Below, one piece after another: positions 56,941 to 64,000 of a stretch of 64,000 nucleotides of DNA. The notes beneath the pieces were generated by a model that did no database searches, had not been told where the DNA came from, and saw only the letters and a list, made by a program, of their open reading frames with translations. The stretch lies in NCBI RefSeq assembly GCF_009914755.1, contig NC_060933.1. One strand, written 5' to 3'. How positions within the stretch are numbered: the first letter of the stretch is position 1; every line of letters begins with the position of its first letter. Origin of the DNA: the human T2T-CHM13v2.0 reference genome, Homo sapiens. The position numbers were made by a program, and so were the translations under genes.

Positions 56941-59900
56941 ATGGAATTAACCCGAATAGAATGGAATGGAATGGAATGGAACGGAATGGAATGGAATGGA
57001 ATGGAATGGAATGGAATGGAATCAACCTGACTGCAGGGGAATGGAATGGAATGGAATGCAATGGAATGGATTCAACTTGAATGTAATGGAAAGAATGGAA
57101 TCAACACGAGTGGAATGGCATGGATTGGAATGGAATGGAATGGAATCAACCCGAGTACAGGGGAATGGAATGGAATGGGATGCAATGGAATGGAATCATC
57201 CGTAATGGAATGGAAAGGAAAGGAATGGAATGGAATGGAATGGAATGGAATGGAATGGAATGGAATCAACTCGATTGCAATCGAATGGAATGGAATGGAA
57301 TTAACCCGAATAGAATGGAATGGAATGGAATGGAACGGAACGGAACGGAATGGAATGGAATGGAATGGAATGGAACGGAAAGGAATGGAATGGAATGGAA
57401 TGGAATGGAATGGAATGGAATGGAATGGAATCAACGCGAGTGCAGGGGAATGGAATGGAATGGAATGCAATGGAATGGCATCTTCCGGAATGGAATGGAA
57501 TTGAATGGAATGGAATGGAATAAACCCTAGTGCAATGGAATGGAGTGGAATGGAATGGAATGGAATGGAATAATCCGAATGGAATGGAATGTAATGGAGA
57601 CTAAGGGAGTTGAATAGAATCAATCCGAATGTTATGGAATGGAATGGAACGGAATGGAATGGAATGGAATGGAATGGAATGGAATGCAATGGAATGGAAT
57701 CAACCCGAGTGCAATCGAATGGACTCGAATGGAATGGAATGCAATGGAATGGATTCAACTTGAATGGAATGGAAAGAATGGAATCAACACGAGTGGAAGG
57801 GCATGGATTGGAATGCAATAGAATGGAATCAACCCGAGTACAGGGGAATGGAATGGAATGGAATGCAATGGAATGGAATCATCCGTAATGGAATGGAAAG
57901 GAATGGAATGGAATGGAATGGAATGGAATGGAATGGAATGGAATGGAATCAACACGATTGCAATCGAATGGAATGGAATGGAATTAACCCGAATAGAATG
58001 GAATGGAATGGAATGGAACAGAACGGAACGGAATGGAATGGAATAGACTGGAATGGAACGGAACGGAACGGAACGGAATGGAATGGAATGGAATGGAATG
58101 CAATGGAATGGAATGGAATCAACGCGACTGCAGGGGAATGGAATGGAATGGAATGCAATGGAATGGAATCTTCCGGAATGGAATGGAATGGAATGGAATG
58201 GAATGGAATGAAATGCAATGGATTCAACTCGATTGCAATGGAATGGAATAGAATGGAATGGAATGGAATGGAATTGAATTAACCCGAATAGAATGGAATG
58301 GAATGGAATGGAACGGAATGGAACGGAATGGAATGGAATGGAATGGAATGGTATGGAATGGAATGGAATGGTACAGAATAGAATGGAGTGGAACGAATTG
58401 TAATGGAATGGAATTGAATGGAATGGAATGGAATCAACGCGAGTGCAGGGGAATGTAATGGAACGGAATGCAATAGAATGGAATCATCCGGAATGGAATG
58501 GAATGGAAAGGAATGGAATCAACCCGAGTGCAATGGAATAGAGTGGAATGGAATGGAATGGAATGGAACAACCCGAATGGAATGGAATGTAATGGAGAGT
58601 AAGGGAGTTGAATAGAATCAATACGAATGTAATGGAATGGAATGCAACGGAATGGAATGGAATGGAATGGAATGGAATGGAATGGAATGGAATGGAATGG
58701 AATGGAATGGAATGCAAAGGAATAGAATCAACCCGAGTGGAATGGCATGGAATGGAATGCAATGCAATGGAATGGAATGGAATCAACTCGAGTGGAAAGG
58801 AATGGAATGGAATGGAAAGGAATGGAATGAAATCAACTCGAGTGGAATGGAATGGAATGGAATAGATTGGAATGGATTGCAACGGAATGAAATGGAATGG
58901 AATGGAATGGAATCAATCATTCCGAGTGGAATGGAAGGGAATGTAATGGAGTGGAAAGAAGGGAATGGAATCAACCCGATAGGAATGCAAGGCAATGGAA
59001 TGGAATGGAAAGGAATGGAATGGAATCAACTCGATTGCAATGGAATGGAATGGAATGGAATGGAATTAACCGGAATAGAATGGAATGCAATGGAATGGAA
59101 CGGAATGGAATGGAATGGAAGGTAATGGAATCAACACGAGTGCAGGGGAATGGAATGGAATGGAATGCAATGGAATGGAATCATCCGGAATGGAATGGAA
59201 TGGAATGGAATCAACTCCATTGCAATGGAATGGAATGGAATGGAATGGAATGGAATCAACTCGATTGGAATGGAATGGAATGGAATGGAATGGAATTAAC
59301 CCGAATAAAATGGAATGGAATGGAATGGAACGGAATGGAATGGAATGGAATGGAATGGAATGGAATCAACCCGACTGCAGGGGAATGGAATGGAATGGAA
59401 TGCAATGGAATGGATTCAACTTGAATGGAATGGAAAGAATGGAATCAACACGAGTGGAATGGCATGGATTGGAATGGAATGGAATGGAATCAACCCGAGT
59501 ACAGGGGAATGGAATGGAATGGAATGCAATGGAATGGAATCATCCGTAATGGAATGGAAAGGAATGGAATGGAATGGAATGGAATGGAATGGAATGGAAT
59601 GGAATGGAATCAACTCGATTGCAATCGAATGGAATGGAATGGAATTAACCCGAATAGAATGGAATGGAATGGAATGGAACGGAACGGAATGGAATGGAAT
59701 GGAATGGAACGGAAAGGAAGGGAATGGAATGGAATAGAATGGAATGGAATGGAATCAACGCGAGTGCAGGGGAATGGAATGGAATGGAATGCAATGGAAT
59801 GGAATCTTCCGGAATGGAAAGGAATGGAATGGAATGGAATGGAATGGAATGGAATCAACCCGAGTGCAATGGAATGGAGTGGAATGGAATGGAATGGAAT

Positions 59901-62900
59901 GGAACAACCCGAATGGAATGGAATGTAATGGAGTGTAAGGGAATTGAATAGAATCAATCCGAATGTAATGGAATGGAATGGAACGGAATGGAATGGAATG
60001 GAATGGAATGGAATGGAATGGAATGCAATGGAATGGAATCAACCCGAGTGCAATCGAATGGAATCGAATGGAATGGAATGCAATGGAATGGATTCAAATT
60101 GAATGGAATGGAAAGAATGGAATCAACACGAGTGGAATGGCATGGCTTGGAATGGAATGAAATGGAATCAACCCGAGTACAGGGGAATTTAATGGAATGG
60201 AATGCAATGGAATGGAATCATCCGTAATGGAATGAAAAGGAATGGAATGGAATGGAATGGAATGGAATGGAATGGAATGGAATGGAATCAACTCGATTGC
60301 AATCGAATGGAATGGAATGGAATTAACCCGAATAGAATGGAATGGAATGGAATGGAACGGAACGGAACGGAATGGAATGGAATGGAATGGAATGGAATCA
60401 ACGCGAGTGCAGGGGAATGGAATGGAATGGAATGCAATGGAATGGAATCTTCCGGAATGGAATGGAATGGAATGGAATGGAATGGAATGAAATGCAATGG
60501 ATTCAACTCGATTGCAATGGAATGGAATAGAATGGAATTGAATGGAATTAATTCGAATAGAATGGAATGGAATGCAATGGAACGGAATGGAACGGAATGG
60601 AATGGAATGGAATGGAATGGAATGGTATGGAATGGAATGGAATGGTACGGAATATAATGGAATGTAACTAATTGTAATTTAATGGAATTGAATGGAATGG
60701 AATGGAATCAACGCGAGTGCAGGGGAATGTAATGGAACGGAATGCAATGGAATGGAATCATCCGGAATGGAATGGAATGGAATGGAATGGAATGGAAGGG
60801 AATGGAATCAACCCGAGTGCAATGGAATGGAGTGGAATGTTATGGAATGGAATGGAACAACCCGAATGGAATGGAATGTAATGGAATGTAATTGAGTTGA
60901 ATAGAATCAATCCGAATGTAATGGAATGGAATGCAACGGAATGGAATGGAATGGAATGCAATGGAATGCAATCAACCAGAGTACAATGGAATGGAATGGA
61001 ATGGAATGGAATGGAATGGAATGCCTTCAAACCGAATGGAATGGAAAGGAATGGAATCAACACGAGTGGAATGGAATGGAATGGAATTGAATGGAAGGGA
61101 ATGATACGGAATAGAATGGAATGGAACGAAATGGAATGGAATGGAATGGAATGGAATGGAATGGAATGGAATGGAATCGTTCCGAGTGGAATAGGAGGGA
61201 ATGTATTCGAGTGGAATGGAAAGGAATGGGATCAACCAGAGTGGAATGGAAGGGAATGGAATGGAATGGAAACTAATAGAATGGAATCAACCCGAGTGCA
61301 ATGGAATGGAAAGGACTGGAATGGAATGGAACGGAATGGAATCAACTCGATTGTAATGGAATGGAATGGAATGGAATGGAATGGAATGGAATTAACCCGA
61401 ATACAATGGAATGGAATGGAATGGAACGGAATGGAGTGGAATGGAATGGAATCAACCCGAGTGCAGGGGAATGGAATGGAATGGAATGCAATGGAATGGA
61501 ATCATCCGGAATGGAATGGAATGGAATGGAATGCAAAGCAATGGAATCAACTCGATTGCAATGGAATGGAATGGAATGGAAAGGAATACATTGGAATCAA
61601 CCCGAGTGGAATGGAATGGAAAGGACAGGAATGGAGTGGAATGGAATGGAATGGAATGGAATGGAATGGAATCAACTCGATTGGAATGGAATGGAATGGA
61701 ATGGAATGGAATGGAATTAACCCGAATAGAATGGAATGGAATGGAATGGAACGGAACGGAACGGAACGGAACGGAATGGAATGGAATGGAATGGAATGGA
61801 ATGGAATGGAATCAACCCGACTGCAGGGGAATGGAATGGAATGGAATGCAATGGAATGGATTCAACTTGAATGGAATGGAAAGAATGGAATCAACACGAG
61901 TGGAATGGCATGGATTGGAATGGAATGGAATGGAATCAACCCGAGTACAGGGGAATGGAATGGAATGGAATGCAATGGAATGGAATCATCCGGAATGGAA
62001 TGGAATGGAATGGAATGGAATGGAATGGAATGGAATGGAATCAACTCGATTGCAATCGAATGGAATGGAATGGATTTAACCCGAATAGAATTGAATGGAA
62101 TGGAATGGAACGGAACGGAACAGAATGGAATGGAATGGAATGGAATGGAATGGAATGGAATGGAATGGAACGGAAAGGAATGGAATGGAATGGAATGGAA
62201 TGTAATGGAATGGAATGGAATCAACGCGAGTGCAGGGGAATGGAATGGAATGGAATGCAATGGAATGGAATCTTCCGGAATGGACTGGAATGGAATGGAA
62301 TGGAATGGAATGGAATGGAATAAACCCGAGTGCAATGGAATGGAGTGGAATGGAATGGAATGGAATGGAACAGCCCGAATGGAAAGGAATGTAATGGAGA
62401 GTAAGGGAGTTGAATAGAATCAATCCGAATGTAATGGAATGGAATGCAACGGAATGGAATTGAATGGAATGGAATGGAATGCAATGGAATGGAATCAACC
62501 CGAGTGCAATGGAATGGAGAGGAATGGAATGGAATGGAATGGAAACTACCCGAATGGAATGGAATGGAATGGAGTGTAAGGGAATTGAATAGAATCAATC
62601 CGAATGTAATGGAATGGAATGGAATGCAATGGAATGGAATGCAATGGAATGGAATCAACCCGAGTGCAATCGAATGGAATCGAATGGAATGGAATGCAAT
62701 GGAATGGATTCAACTTGAATGGAATGGAAAGAATGGAATCAACACGAGTGGAAGGGCATGGATTACAATGCAATGGAATGGAATCAACCCGAGTACAGGG
62801 GAATGGAATGGAATGGAATGCAATGGAATGGAATCAACACGATTGCAATCGAATGGAATGGAATGGAATTAACCCGAATAGAATGGAATGGAATGGAATG

Positions 62901-64000
62901 GAACGGAACGGAATGGAATGCAATGGAATCAACCCGAGTGCAGGGGAATGGAATGGAATGGAATGCAATGGAATGGAATCATCCGGAATGGAATGGAATG
63001 GAATGGAATGCAAAGCAATGGAATCAACTCGATTGCAATGGAATGGAATGGAATGGAAAGGAATACATTGGAATCAACCCGAGTGGAATGGAATGGAAAG
63101 GACTGGAACGGAGTGGAATGTAATGGAATGGAATGGAATGGAATCAACTCGATTGGAATGGAATGGAATGGAATGGAATGGAATGGAATGGAATTAACCC
63201 GAATAGAATGGAATGGAATGGAATGGAACGGAACGGAACGGAATGGAATGGAATGGAATGGAATGGAATGGAATGGAATGGAATCAACCCGACTGCAGGG
63301 GAATGGAATGGAATGGAATGCAATGGAATGGATTCAACTTGAATGGAATGGAAAGAATGGAATCAACACGAGTGGAATGGCATGGATTGGAATGGAATGG
63401 AATGGAATCAACCCGAGTACAGGGGAATGGAATGGAATGGAATGCAATGGAATGGAATCATCCGTAATGGAATGGAAAGGAATGGAATGGAATGGAATGG
63501 AATGGAATGGAATGGAATCAATTCGATTGCAGTCGAATGGAATGGAATGGAATTAACCCGAATAGAATGGAATGGAATGGAATGGAACGGAACGGAACGG
63601 AACGGAACGGAATGGAATGGAATGGAATGGAATGGAATGGAATGGAACGGAAAGGAATGGAATGGAATGGAATGGAATGGAATGGAATGGAATGGAATGG
63701 AATCAACGCGAGTGCAGGGGAATGGAATGGAATGGAATGCAATGGAATGGAATCTTCCGGAATGGAATGGAATGGAATGGAATGGAATGGAATGGAATGG
63801 AATAAACCCGAGTGCAATGGAATGGAGTGGAATGGAATGGAATGGAATGGAACAACCCGAATGGAATGGAATGTAATGGAGAGTAAGGGAGTTGAATAGA
63901 ATCAATCCGAATGTAATGGAATGGAATGGAAAGGAATCGAGTTGAATGGAATGGAATGGAATGCAATGGAATGGAATCAACCCGAGTGCAATGGAATGGA

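Larger units (their letters stand above)
1..64000 (+). repeat. Satellite III (HSat3) pentameric array, (GGAAT)n / (CATTC)n, human or great-ape heterochromatin
   Basis: GGAAT pentamers run from end to end, with the purine-rich strand always on +. They are interspersed with CAACCCGAGT / CAACTCGATT / CAACACGAGT decamers matching the classical Sat III consensus CAACCCGA(A/G)T(GGAAT)n. The CATTCGATTC-dominated pattern of HSat2 is not seen. Confidence 0.97.

Noticed and set aside
3-63980. Hundreds of ORFs on both strands (MEWNG and IPFHS repeats)
   Set aside because: (GGAAT)n and (ATTCC)n contain no stop codon in any frame. The ORFs overlap in all six frames, have no domain content and simply mirror the satellite.
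1-64000. CRISPR-like pattern of conserved words separated by spacers
   Set aside because: The spacers are low-complexity GGAAT runs of variable length rather than unique sequences. There is no leader and there are no cas genes.
1-64000. Alu/L1 or other mobile-element insertion, strand inversion, alpha satellite or CENP-B box
   Set aside because: No non-satellite stretch, poly(A) tail, (ATTCC)n tract on + or 171-bp monomer was seen.
1-64000. Assignment to a specific chromosome or subfamily (e.g. 9q12, DYZ1, chr15)
   Set aside because: There is no clean 3.6 kb or 1.8 kb tandem period, and assignment needs k-mer comparison with reference assemblies, which I cannot run.

Overview
The whole 64 kb window is one uninterrupted array of primate Satellite III (HSat3). 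It is (GGAAT)n on the + strand, punctuated by the classic CAACCCGAGT-type decamer and about 20 other recurring variant words. I see no genes, RNA genes, transposons, CRISPR array or strand inversion. All ORFs are artefacts of the stop-free pentamer (GMEWN / IPFHS repeats). I found no credible new protein-coding system. The interest lies in the array architecture: (i) a ~0.84 kb ordered higher-order unit; (ii) a recent ~9.5 kb duplication at an offset of ~21.67 kb, with partial older copies ~42 kb and ~60 kb away; (iii) an ~8.2 kb domain (~34.75-42.96 kb) with a different variant vocabulary; (iv) many perfect heat-shock elements (GGAAT-CTTCC-GGAAT) that I did not see in that domain; (v) pentamer-register shifts that all run in one direction; (vi) several small tandem duplications. 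All alignments and counts were done by eye. Species and chromosome cannot be fixed from the sequence alone.
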